Positions 27,929-37,169 of a DNA stretch of 64,000 nt are shown here, piece after piece (position 1 is the stretch's first letter; every line of letters starts with the position of its first letter). Under the pieces are notes generated by a model. That model saw only the letters and a list, made by a program, of their open reading frames with translations, was not told the DNA's origin and did no database searches. Made by a program: the position numbers and the translations under genes. The DNA lies in assembly GCA_044229265.1 (NCBI GenBank), contig JBGATK010000005.1, positions 14,963 to 78,962 on the forward strand, given 5' to 3'. This DNA is from Minisyncoccia bacterium (GTDB lineage Bacteria > Patescibacteriota > Minisyncoccia > Phycocordibacterales > UBA9973).

Positions 27929-29245
27929 TTATTTTCTTTTTAACCACTCAGGTTCTTGGCGCACGAGGAGGTGGGATTTATTTTTTGTATCTTTTAGAAT
28001 TCGCTCTACTGCACGTTCCATGCGCATACCTTGTGAGCCTTTTACTAAAACCAAATCACCCTTTTTTACAAATAAATGAAGAAAGTCGCCAGCTTCACGG
28101 GAATTATTGAATTCAAAAACATTTGTAGCTCCTTCTAAGAAATCACCATTACCCATACCATACTTTTCTGCTTCTTCTTTTATGAATTTTGCGCGAGGAC
28201 CTACTACTACCAAAACATCAGCTACTTTGGCTACTAAGGCGCCTATTTCTCTGTGTGCTTCTTCGGTATGACGGCCGAGCTCGAGCATGTCACCCAAAAC
28301 TGCAATATTGCGCCCTTTATTTTTAATTTCTTTTAAAGTTTTAAGAGCAAATTTAAGTGCAGTAGGTGAAGAATTATAAGTATCATCTAAAATCAAACTA
28401 TCGTTTATGCCGTAAAGTAAACAAAGTCGGCCTGGTGGAAAATTATAAGTTTCAAGAGCGCTGATAGCTTCTATGATATTAAAATTACTTGCATAGGCTA
28501 CAGAAAGGCCAGCGAGCGTAGCATAAATATGATTGCGTCCAAAAACACCACGCAAAACTACTGGCAAACTTTTACCTTCGATATTTACATGAAAAGAAAG
28601 ACCTTCAGGATTTTTATCTTTGCCATAAAAAATACTTTCATTTTCAGCAGAAAGAGTAGCTTCTTTGTCAAAACCAAAAGTAACGGTTTTATTTTTAGAT
28701 TCTAGGCGCATATCATACACGGATTCATCATCACGATTTAAAATAAGTGTGCCCTCTTTTTTTAGAGTTTTAATTAAAGCAGATTTTTCTGCTATTAGGT
28801 GTTCGCGTGAATTAAAGAATTCTATATGCACCGGAGTTTCTCCTATGGCTGTTTCAATAACTATATCGGTCTTGAGCCAAGAAGCTGTTTCGGCCATATC
28901 GCCAGGCTTGCCTACACCTACTTCTAAAACTAAAGTTTTCGGATATTTATGAGGATAAATTATAAGCCAGAAGCCACGAATAATGTTCCAAATCCAAGAA
29001 ATTGGGTTGTTCCACGCATTCGGCAGGCCAAGTATAGTAAGGGGTAAACCTATTTCACTATTATAACTTTTGGCACTTTTACGAACATAAGTAAAACGAG
29101 AAAGCACAGCAAAAACAGCATCTTTGGTTGAAGTTTTACCAACCGAACCAGTAATAGCTATAATTTTTGGTTTGTATTTTGCTATAACTAATTTTGATTG
29201 AAAACGTAAAATCCTATAAATAATTTTTTTAAAATATATTTTCAT
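27929..29245 (-). CDS. murF: Mur ligase, probably UDP-MurNAc-tripeptide--D-Ala-D-Ala ligase
   Basis: ITGSVGKTSTKD P-loop. Sits immediately downstream of ftsI in the dcw cluster, and is the only Mur ligase in this cluster. Confidence 0.55.
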   Translation of the reverse strand: MKIYFKKIIYRILRFQSKLVIAKYKPKIIAITGSVGKTSTKDAVFAVLSRFTYVRKSAKSYNSEIGLPLTILGLPNAWNNPISWIWNIIRGFWLIIYPHKYPKTLVLEVGVGKPGDMAETASWLKTDIVIETAIGETPVHIEFFNSREHLIAEKSALIKTLKKEGTLILNRDDESVYDMRLESKNKTVTFGFDKEATLSAENESIFYGKDKNPEGLSFHVNIEGKSLPVVLRGVFGRNHIYATLAGLSVAYASNFNIIEAISALETYNFPPGRLCLLYGINDSLILDDTYNSSPTALKFALKTLKEIKNKGRNIAVLGDMLELGRHTEEAHREIGALVAKVADVLVVVGPRAKFIKEEAEKYGMGNGDFLEGATNVFEFNNSREAGDFLHLFVKKGDLVLVKGSQGMRMERAVERILKDTKNKSHLLVRQEPEWLKRK

Positions 29246-29252
29246 GGCTAGT

Positions 29253-30959
29253 TTATCTATCTGGTGGAACTTCGTAATAATTTATTAAAAATTTACTAAT
29301 ACGTGAAAATGGATCAGCCCAAGTTTGGCTAGCATAAGGCACACCTTTTGGATGCACAGCATACAGAAATACTATAAATTTTGGGTCAAAAGCTGGAAAA
29401 TAACCGAAAAATGAATGAGTATTCCTATCTTCATAGTAGCCTCCCTCGTCCAAATTCGCAACTTGCCCAGTTCCTGTTTTTATAGCCACGCTATAATGCT
29501 CGAGTTTCAGTTCGCCATTTCGCAGTGATTTGTCCATAACCCCAACTAGCATTCTACTTATCTCTTCGCTAGTATTTTTAGTAATTTTTGTTTGCACATT
29601 TTCATATTTTAATTCTTTAAAAGTTCCATCACTATAACGAATTTTTGAAACTAAATGCGGAGTGACCAACAAGCCACCATTGCCAAGTGATGCCAGTGCT
29701 CGCACAAGCTCAAATGGAGTAAGTGCAATACCTTGCCCGAAAGATGCATTGGCATACTCTAAATCACGTGGAGAATTTAAATTCGCTACAAGGCCAGAAG
29801 TTTCATTTGGTAAATCTATACCGGTTTTATTTTTTATTCCATAGCCCAGCATATAATCACGAAATTTTTCTTTGCCGAGTTTTTGATATACAAAAACCAT
29901 ACCAGTATTAAGTGATTGGTTGAGCACATCTTGCATACTGGTATTTGGGCCACGGCCCTTTTTGTCAAAATTAAAAATTTCTTTTTTATCTATTATTACC
30001 GAACCTTTATCAGTATATGTAGTATCAGATTTTAAAACACCTTCATTTAGTGCGCTAGCCATTACCAATGGTTTTACTACTGAACCAAATTCAAGGACAT
30101 TTTCGACTAGTGGATTAGAAAAAGTTTTTGTATTTTCAACTTTTGAAAAATTATTTAAATCAAAATCTGGTTTTACTGAAAGCGCATATATTGAACCATC
30201 TTTTGGATTCATAATTATAGCCCCCAGAGAATCGGGATTATATTTATCGTATACTAGTTTTAGTTCGCGCTCTAAATTTGCTTGCACTACAGGTTCGATA
30301 GTACTAACAAGATCACCCTCCCGATTATCATTTTCAAAAAAAGTTTTATTGATATTTGAAAAAACTTCAGCAAAAAAATTCACATAAGGATTCTCGATTT
30401 TACGTGAAAGCTCGGTATTGTAATACCGCTCTAAACCATAACGGCCAGATAAATCATCGCCATTATAAGCCACAAAACCAATAGAGTGAGATGCTAAATT
30501 ATCTCCTGGATAAAAACGCCACTTTTCTTTAAAAACAGAAATACCTTTCAATTTCAGTGCTGAAATTTTATCAGCTTCTTTTTTATCTAATTTATGAATC
30601 ACTTCTTCGTAGCTATCAGTCGGACTTATTTTATCGAAATTCTCCTTGGAAAAATTTTTAATAGAATTTAATTTTTCATAGACCGCCTCACGATCTTTGA
30701 TTTTCGTCATATCCACGGCTACCTTGTAACCTGAGAGCTGAGTTGCCCCAGAAATTAGTTTGCCATCTTTACGAGTAAGTAAAATTGCTCCGCGCTCGAA
30801 TACATCGCTCGTTGGTGTAGCGTATTGCCTATCGGCCAAATCACGATAAGTATTTTTATTTATAATTTGCAGTAAAAAAAGCTTACCTATTAGGATAAGC
30901 GCGAAAAGTAGTATGAGAAAAGAAAAAATTCTATTACGTGAAAAAATTTTAGCGAACAT
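29253..30959 (-). CDS. ftsI: Penicillin-binding protein 2/FtsI-type transpeptidase
   Basis: N-terminal TM anchor, PBP dimerisation domain and transpeptidase motifs SVVK (SxxK) and KTGT. Confidence 0.85.
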   Translation of the reverse strand: MFAKIFSRNRIFSFLILLFALILIGKLFLLQIINKNTYRDLADRQYATPTSDVFERGAILLTRKDGKLISGATQLSGYKVAVDMTKIKDREAVYEKLNSIKNFSKENFDKISPTDSYEEVIHKLDKKEADKISALKLKGISVFKEKWRFYPGDNLASHSIGFVAYNGDDLSGRYGLERYYNTELSRKIENPYVNFFAEVFSNINKTFFENDNREGDLVSTIEPVVQANLERELKLVYDKYNPDSLGAIIMNPKDGSIYALSVKPDFDLNNFSKVENTKTFSNPLVENVLEFGSVVKPLVMASALNEGVLKSDTTYTDKGSVIIDKKEIFNFDKKGRGPNTSMQDVLNQSLNTGMVFVYQKLGKEKFRDYMLGYGIKNKTGIDLPNETSGLVANLNSPRDLEYANASFGQGIALTPFELVRALASLGNGGLLVTPHLVSKIRYSDGTFKELKYENVQTKITKNTSEEISRMLVGVMDKSLRNGELKLEHYSVAIKTGTGQVANLDEGGYYEDRNTHSFFGYFPAFDPKFIVFLYAVHPKGVPYASQTWADPFSRISKFLINYYEVPPDR

Positions 30960-31380
30960 TTTTAGCCAATTTTACATTATCAATATTTAAGCGAGTAGCA
31001 TAAAAAATTTTAGTATCTTTAAAACCAAGACTATGTGAGTAATCCAGATCAATAATGCTACCTTTTTCTAAATATTCAAGTTCAAGTGCGCTTAAAACAT
31101 TTGTGAGATCCCTCGCTTCTATTTCAAGTGTTCTTCGCTCTATAATATTTGTAACTAAATTCCCTAATATAAATACATAACCCAAAGCCAAAAGACCAAA
31201 AGCATAAAAAATAGATTTTAAAATACGTGCATTCAAATCTACATGGTGTATCACAGTAGCGTTATTTGCGTATTTATTTATATGCACATTTATTTTATTC
31301 ATATTTTTATTTTTATAATTTTTCAATAATTCGTAATTTTGCACTTCGAGAACGAGGATTTTCTTTCTTTTCTGCGTCAC
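30949..31380 (-). CDS. FtsL-like bitopic cell-division protein
   Basis: Small protein with a single TM helix, lying between rsmH and ftsI. The true start is possibly an internal Met. Confidence 0.4.
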   Translation of the reverse strand: MTQKRKKILVLEVQNYELLKNYKNKNMNKINVHINKYANNATVIHHVDLNARILKSIFYAFGLLALGYVFILGNLVTNIIERRTLEIEARDLTNVLSALELEYLEKGSIIDLDYSHSLGFKDTKIFYATRLNIDNVKLAKNVR

Positions 31381-32212
31381 TCGCCTCTATGGGTTTTTTA
31401 TTAATTAATTTTGCAAAATTATCTTGGCTAAGATTTCTAAAAAAATTCTTTACAATCCGATCCTCTAAGCTATGGAAACTAATCACGGCTATTCTGCCTC
31501 CAGAATTTAAAACTTTTACTCCTTTATACAGTCCTTCAGAAAGTGCTTGCAATTCATCGTTTACGGCTATACGCAAAGCCTGAAATGTGCGAGTAGCAAA
31601 ATGAATTTTTTGTCTTTTATAAAATGCAGGCAAAGCTTCATCAAGCACATTTACTAAATCAAAAGTAGTTTCAAATTTCTTTATCTTGCGATGTTCTACT
31701 ATAGCTTTGGCTATTTTTCGTGAAAATCTTTCCTCGCCATAACCATAAATAATACTTGCTATATTTTCTTCGTCCCAAGTATTTAAAATTTCTTTTGCGG
31801 TTAAAGTAGCCTTGGTAATTTTTGAAGACAAAGTCATAAGTAATGGCTCATCTTTTTTAAAAGAAAAACCTCTGCCCACTTCATCTAATTGGTCGCTCGA
31901 GAAACCGAGGTCCATCATCACGGCATCTACGCCGCCCTCTACTACTTCATCTAAATTGCGAAAATTTATATTATGAAAAGTAATTTCGCAAGAAAGATCT
32001 TTAAATTTATCTCCAGCTCTATCAAAAGCCCCAGCATCTTGATCTATAGCGATAATATTTATATCTTTATATCTTCTGCAAATTTCGCTACTATGCCCAC
32101 CGCCACCAAAAGTAGCGTCCAATACTGTAGCACCATCAGACAAATTCAAACCATCTATAACTTCATTTAAAAGAACACTAATATGCACACTACTCTTTTC
32201 TTTATCTATCAT
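31313..32212 (-). CDS. rsmH: 16S rRNA (cytosine1402-N4)-methyltransferase RsmH/MraW
   Basis: HISVLLNEV...DATFGGGGHS motif. Position follows mraZ. Confidence 0.9.
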   Translation of the reverse strand: MIDKEKSSVHISVLLNEVIDGLNLSDGATVLDATFGGGGHSSEICRRYKDINIIAIDQDAGAFDRAGDKFKDLSCEITFHNINFRNLDEVVEGGVDAVMMDLGFSSDQLDEVGRGFSFKKDEPLLMTLSSKITKATLTAKEILNTWDEENIASIIYGYGEERFSRKIAKAIVEHRKIKKFETTFDLVNVLDEALPAFYKRQKIHFATRTFQALRIAVNDELQALSEGLYKGVKVLNSGGRIAVISFHSLEDRIVKNFFRNLSQDNFAKLINKKPIEASDAEKKENPRSRSAKLRIIEKL

Positions 32213-32651
32213 TTCTTTTTTGGGCTAATTTTTCTGCTAATTCGGCTGAATCTTTTTCTGACTTTTCTTTATACTCTGCCCAAACTTTATCGTTCCAGAT
32301 TTCGAGGCGATCCTCTACGCCTACTATAGCAACACTGCCTTTTAGCTTTAACTTTTCTTTCAAAAATTCTGGAATTAAAATTCTGCCAATACTATCTACC
32401 TCGACTTCTGCGGCACGGCCAAACATGTATCTATTAAAACTACGCTGATCGCTCTCTAAAAATGAAAGCTCTCCTTTACTGCTAGTTAAATTTTTAACCA
32501 CATTTACCCAATCAGAATTTTTGAAAACGAATAAACAATTATCAATGCCTGGAGTGATAATGATTTTCTTGCCCAATTCCTTGCGGAATTTCACCGGCAT
32601 AGAAACACGGTTCTTTTCATCTATTGTGTGAATATATTCGCCGATAAGCAT
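32202..32651 (-). CDS. mraZ: Transcriptional regulator MraZ
   Basis: MLIGEYIHTIDEKNRVSMPVKFRKEL with duplicated MraZ domains. First gene of the dcw cluster. Confidence 0.9.
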   Translation of the reverse strand: MLIGEYIHTIDEKNRVSMPVKFRKELGKKIIITPGIDNCLFVFKNSDWVNVVKNLTSSKGELSFLESDQRSFNRYMFGRAAEVEVDSIGRILIPEFLKEKLKLKGSVAIVGVEDRLEIWNDKVWAEYKEKSEKDSAELAEKLAQKRNDR

Positions 32652-32693
32652 AAAATTTTTGCTAAAAAATCATTATCACTACTAAACATTGAT

Positions 32694-32748
32694 TTCCCAC
32701 TTTTTCCCACTTGATATACATTATACGCCACTTGTTCCCACTGAGCAA
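32694..32748 (-). promoter_or_regulatory. Candidate mraZ promoter with MraZ operator repeats
   Basis: Minus-strand GTGGGAA boxes at 32700-32694, 32710-32704 and 32741-32735, plus a GTGGC half-box near 32731-32727, on ~10-bp phasing. A minus-strand TATAAT (32725-32720) and TTGCTC (32748-32743) with 17-bp spacing are interleaved with them, 43-97 bp upstream of the mraZ start. Confidence 0.45.
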
Positions 32749-33009
32749 AATCCCCTATTGTGGATAACTTATTTCACCAGATTTTGCATTTTTTTCTCTT
32801 TTATGGCATAATAAAATTAGAAAAAATATTGTTTAACCTTTAAAAAATTCCTTATGGGAAAACATAAAAAAATATTGGAGAAAATTTTAAAAAAAATTAT
32901 TATTGCAATACCAGCTGCATATTACAATGGCTGTTTAAGCACAGTAATGCATCTTGAAGTGCAAAAAGAAAGAACTTTAATTTTGTTAAACCAATAAAAA
33001 AAGTAATGT

Positions 33010-33216
33010 ATGAGAAAATGGACTTTGTTTTCAATAAAGAATCTTTTGACACAAGAAGAAATTAAATTAGTTTCTGCTGTAAAAAATACAGATGGCGAAA
33101 TTAATTGGGGTATCACAAAAGAACCTCGAAGATTTAAAAACACAAACGCAAAAGTATCGGGCGTTTGGGATGTTGTAAATAATCCGCAATTCTTCCAAAT
33201 CAAAAGATTAGATTAA
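33010..33216 (+). CDS. Hypothetical small protein (68 aa)
   Basis: Hydrophilic, non-repetitive ORF ending just before a strong bidirectional terminator. The opposite-strand ORF 32922..33203 looks low-complexity. Confidence 0.3.
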   Translation: MRKWTLFSIKNLLTQEEIKLVSAVKNTDGEINWGITKEPRRFKNTNAKVSGVWDVVNNPQFFQIKRLD

Positions 33217-33251
33217 AAAAACATTTTTCATAATATAAAAATTTCATAATA

Positions 33252-33283
33252 TAAAAACCCGGACTTGTTCCGGGCTTTTTTTA
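33252..33283. terminator. Bidirectional Rho-independent terminator (lysS and the small plus-strand ORF)
   Basis: CCCGGA-CTTGT-TCCGGG hairpin flanked by AAAAA and TTTTTTT. Confidence 0.6.
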
Positions 33284-33293
33284 TTTCCAAAAT

Positions 33294-34760
33294 TTATTCA
33301 ATATTGTGTTTCGGGCGCATGAGGGGGAAAAATTGGGTTTCGCGTATAGGTTTGTCGGCAAGGAAAGCAAAAAGCATTTCACCAAAACCAAAGCCACAAG
33401 TAGGTGGCATGCCGTATTCCAGCATTTCGACGAATTCATAATCTGGCATCATGGCCTCTTTATCACCTTTTGCTATTAAATCTTGCTGGACCTCAAAACG
33501 CCTAGCTTGATCTATAGGGTCATTTAATTCAGAAAAACCGTTTCCCACTTCAGAGCCAGCAATGATAACCTGAAATCTTTCAGTTAGTTCAAAATTTTCT
33601 TGCATAGATTTTGAAAGCGGAGATACGAGTTTTGGGTGGCCAGTCAAAAATACTGGGCCTGAAATTTTCTTTCTACAATATTTCCAAAGTGTATCGACAA
33701 GGCGCTCCATAGTATCGCCATCGTAAACTACACCTAGACTTTCAAGTTTTTTCTTTACTTCTTCATATGTAGTATCGAGTACATCTATACCAGTTTCTTT
33801 CTTTACAGTTTCTCTATAATCTATCTTTTCCCACCGCCCTCCCAAATCAAATTTATGACCACGAGTTTCAAATTCTGTTTTACCAAATACATCAAGTGCA
33901 ATTTTTTTATAAAGTTCTTCTACTAATTTCATGCCGTCTTTATAATTCGCATAAGCCCAGTAAAATTCCATATTCATAAATTCTTGCAAGTGATTCGCAT
34001 CCGAACCTTCGTTTCGATAAGCTCGCCCTATCTCAAAAGTTTTCATAAAACCAGCCGCCATTAACCTTTTTTGCCAAAGTTCGCCGATAGATATACGCAA
34101 ATAAAGCGGAAGTTTAAAATCTTCATTATAAGTTTTAAATGGCGTAGCTTCGGCGCCGCCTGTAGTTACTTCAAGAGTTGGCGTTTCTATTTCTGTAAAA
34201 CCATGCTCTTTCATAAAATTGCGAGTAGTTTCCCAAAATTTAGTTTTCTTCATTAATAAATCTTTAACTTCTGTGTCTGTGAGTATGTCTAAATATCTTT
34301 TGCGAAAACGCTCTTCGATATCAGTAAGCCCACTCCATTTCTCAGGAAGTGGTAAGAGGGATTTGGTTAAAATATTCCAATCGACAGCTTCGATACTCTT
34401 CTCGCCTCTTTTAGTTATGAAAAGTTTGCCTTTTATTTCAACAAAGTCACCAATATCGATAACTTCATTCCAAAAATTAAGTTTCTCTTCTCCTAAAACA
34501 TCTAATTTTAATAAGCCTTGAAAATTCGCAGAGCCATCAAAAAGCGTCGTAAAAATTATCGCGCCTTGGCCACGAAGTGACATAACTCTACCGCCCAGCC
34601 ACACTTCCTCGCCACTTTTTTCTAAGTTTTCAAAATTCAAAATAGCCTCATTTAAGGACATAGAGATATGGGTTTCTGCAGGATAAGGATTTATACCCTT
34701 GTCTTGTATAACTTTTAACTTTTTTATGCGAACATCTCGAATCTCATCTATAGATGACAT
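33294..34760 (-). CDS. lysS: Lysyl-tRNA synthetase, class II
   Basis: N-terminal OB anticodon-binding domain plus class II core motifs (FMEIETPTLE, YLRISIGELWQKRL, GFGFGEMLFAF). Confidence 0.9.
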   Translation of the reverse strand: MSSIDEIRDVRIKKLKVIQDKGINPYPAETHISMSLNEAILNFENLEKSGEEVWLGGRVMSLRGQGAIIFTTLFDGSANFQGLLKLDVLGEEKLNFWNEVIDIGDFVEIKGKLFITKRGEKSIEAVDWNILTKSLLPLPEKWSGLTDIEERFRKRYLDILTDTEVKDLLMKKTKFWETTRNFMKEHGFTEIETPTLEVTTGGAEATPFKTYNEDFKLPLYLRISIGELWQKRLMAAGFMKTFEIGRAYRNEGSDANHLQEFMNMEFYWAYANYKDGMKLVEELYKKIALDVFGKTEFETRGHKFDLGGRWEKIDYRETVKKETGIDVLDTTYEEVKKKLESLGVVYDGDTMERLVDTLWKYCRKKISGPVFLTGHPKLVSPLSKSMQENFELTERFQVIIAGSEVGNGFSELNDPIDQARRFEVQQDLIAKGDKEAMMPDYEFVEMLEYGMPPTCGFGFGEMLFAFLADKPIRETQFFPLMRPKHNIE

Positions 34761-34774
34761 TGTTTTAAAAAAAA

Positions 34775-35242
34775 TTATGCTACGTTTGTAATTTTATATT
34801 CCACTTTTCCTTTTGGTGTACTTACTTCTACTTTATCACCTTTTTTCTTGCCAAAAAATGCTTCACCGAGTGGAGAGCGATTGGAAATTTTACCTTGAGA
34901 CATATCTGCTTCTTCACTGCCAACTATTTGAAATACTTTTTCATCTTTATTGTCAGTGCGAATTGTGGTCACCATTGAGCCTATCTCGATAATATCTCCG
35001 CCTCCACCAGAAACAGTTTCTGAAGATTGTAAGACTTCTTCTATTTTAGAAATTCGTTCTTCTAATTTAGCTTGATCTTCACGAGCTTGATGATATTCAG
35101 CATTTTCTGATAAATCACCCAAACTTTTAGCATATGCCAGTGCCTCTAATATTTCCTTTCTCTTTGCGCCTTTTAAATCAGCGAGTTCAACCTCGAGAGA
35201 TGTCCTCTTTTCTTTTGTTATATAATCTTTTCCTTTTTGCAT
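34775..35242 (-). CDS. greA: Transcription elongation factor GreA
   Basis: GDLSENAEY acidic finger motif and a C-terminal FKBP-like domain. Confidence 0.9.
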   Translation of the reverse strand: MQKGKDYITKEKRTSLEVELADLKGAKRKEILEALAYAKSLGDLSENAEYHQAREDQAKLEERISKIEEVLQSSETVSGGGGDIIEIGSMVTTIRTDNKDEKVFQIVGSEEADMSQGKISNRSPLGEAFFGKKKGDKVEVSTPKGKVEYKITNVA

Positions 35243-35306
35243 AACTAAAGCATATACTTTTTCCTAAAATATTGCAATAAATTTTAAATATGGTAATATT
35301 TCCTGT

Positions 35307-35534
35307 ATGTCAAAAACAGTTATAGAAATCAAGAAAAATCCAAATGAAAACAATGCTTCAGTATTGCGTCGTTTTTCTCGTAAAGTTCAAGAATCTAGTA
35401 TCATCCAAAAAGTAAAAGGTGGTCGCTATAATGAACGCAAAGAAAGTAAGGTTAAAGTAAAGAAAAGCACACTCAAGCGCCTGGCTCGTCGTAAAGAAGT
35501 AGAGAAGTTAAAAAAACTCGGTAAGATAAAATAA
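35307..35534 (+). CDS. rpsU: 30S ribosomal protein S21
   Basis: LRRFSRKV motif and a basic C-terminus. 75 aa. Confidence 0.7.
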   Translation: MSKTVIEIKKNPNENNASVLRRFSRKVQESSIIQKVKGGRYNERKESKVKVKKSTLKRLARRKEVEKLKKLGKIK

Positions 35535-35990
35535 ATGCATAGTGAGAAATTTTCAATAATAAATAAAACAAAGGGCAAGCTTGTAAGCTTGCCCTTTCCT
35601 CGTATCAAAGATGATATTTTGGGAAAAAATTATGAATTGTCTCTGGTAATAGCTACACCAAAAATTTCCAAAGAACTGAATTCTGAATATCGTGCGAAAA
35701 ATTATCCGACCAATGTATTATCTTTCTCTTTAGAGAAAAATTCTGGTGAAATAATATTATGCCCTTCTGTTATAAAAAAAGAAGCTATAAATTTTGAAAA
35801 AACTTTTACTGAATTTTTTGGTTTTTTAGTTATCCACGGAATGCTTCATTTGAAAGGAATGACGCATGGGAGTATAATGGATAAACAAGAACAAAAATAT
35901 TATGCGAAGTATTTCAGTAGGAATAGATATAGGCTCGAAGACCACAAAAGTCGTCGTAGCGGAGTTCGTAAAGGGAGAAAAAAATCCTAA
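35535..35990 (+). CDS. ybeY: rRNA maturation endoribonuclease YbeY
   Basis: HGMLHLKGMTH zinc-binding motif (HxxxHxxGxxH). The C-terminus overlaps the ftsA start in another frame. Confidence 0.75.
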   Translation: MHSEKFSIINKTKGKLVSLPFPRIKDDILGKNYELSLVIATPKISKELNSEYRAKNYPTNVLSFSLEKNSGEIILCPSVIKKEAINFEKTFTEFFGFLVIHGMLHLKGMTHGSIMDKQEQKYYAKYFSRNRYRLEDHKSRRSGVRKGRKKS

Positions 35991-37062
35991 AATTTTAGGC
36001 GTTGGTGAATTTGAAAATAAAGGTATGCGTGATGGATATGTAATATCTCCTCGTGAAGCAATTTCTTCTCTTAAGAATGCAATAGCCCAAGCCGAAAAAA
36101 CATCTGAGGTTAAAATCCGCCGAGGAATACTAGCCCTATCTGGCGCAACTCTGCGCGGAGATGTAGTCATGGGTAGTGCAATTATTTCAAAAGCCGATGG
36201 TGAAGTTACAAATTTGGATATATCAAAAGCTTTAAATGAAGCAGAAAGTAATGCGAATCTAACAAATAGAAAAACAGTTCAAGTATTACCTATTGCCTAC
36301 AAATTAGACGGCAAAGAAATTTTAGGACGTCCACATAATATGCATGGAAATAAGTTAGAAGTAAAAGCTTTGGTGATTTCTTGCTCTGAACAACACTTAG
36401 ACGATATGCTAGAAGTAGCTGTGAAATCTGGAATAGAAATTTTAGACGTAGTGCCGAGTGCAATATCAGCTAGTGAATACGCATTATCTGCTAAACAAAA
36501 ACAAGTAGGAGTTATGCTGGTAAATATAGGTGCTGAAACCACTTCTCTTATAGTTTACGAAAATGGCACCATTGTTTCCCTTTATACTTTTCCTATCGGT
36601 GGTGAAGACATTACAAATGATGTAGCTCTAGGATTAAAAGTATCACTAGAAGATGCAGAAAAAATAAAATTAGGAGAAATTGCTGGTAGTATTTCCAAAA
36701 GAAAAGTAGATGAAATCATAGAAGCACGCTTAGCTGATATTTTTGAAACAATAGATAATCATTTAAAAAAAATAAAACGTTCCGAATTATTACCTGCTGG
36801 AGTTTTCTTTGTAGGTGGCACAGCAAATATAGCCGGCCTCGAAGAATTATCTAAAGATTATTTGCGATTACCCGCACGCATAGGTACGACAGAAATTTTT
36901 GGAAATATTAAAACAAAACTACGTGATCCTGCATGGCTACCTGTACTTGGACTTTTAAATAGTGAAAAAACTCACAATGGTTTCGATGAAAGTAAGACTC
37001 ATAATATTTTTAAAGAATTTAAACAAATAATTCGTTCATTTACCAGGCAACTGATGCCTTAA
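35902..37062 (+). CDS. ftsA: Cell division protein FtsA
   Basis: VGIDIGSKTTKVVVAE N-terminus with actin-like ATPase motifs. Immediately precedes ftsZ. Confidence 0.85.
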   Translation: MRSISVGIDIGSKTTKVVVAEFVKGEKNPKILGVGEFENKGMRDGYVISPREAISSLKNAIAQAEKTSEVKIRRGILALSGATLRGDVVMGSAIISKADGEVTNLDISKALNEAESNANLTNRKTVQVLPIAYKLDGKEILGRPHNMHGNKLEVKALVISCSEQHLDDMLEVAVKSGIEILDVVPSAISASEYALSAKQKQVGVMLVNIGAETTSLIVYENGTIVSLYTFPIGGEDITNDVALGLKVSLEDAEKIKLGEIAGSISKRKVDEIIEARLADIFETIDNHLKKIKRSELLPAGVFFVGGTANIAGLEELSKDYLRLPARIGTTEIFGNIKTKLRDPAWLPVLGLLNSEKTHNGFDESKTHNIFKEFKQIIRSFTRQLMP

Positions 37063-37169
37063 TTGTCAAATTACTAACGTATATATGTATATTTGCTTTT
37101 TTTTGGGAAAGAGCTATTATGAATTTGTTAATTAATATTAAATCTGCTTTGCAGAAAAGAAGTAAATAT

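Noticed and set aside
32922-33203. 93-aa minus-strand ORF in the mraZ-lysS gap
   Set aside because: Low-complexity, Phe/Ile-rich product that overlaps a more protein-like plus-strand ORF. Judged less likely to be real (kept only as an alternative).
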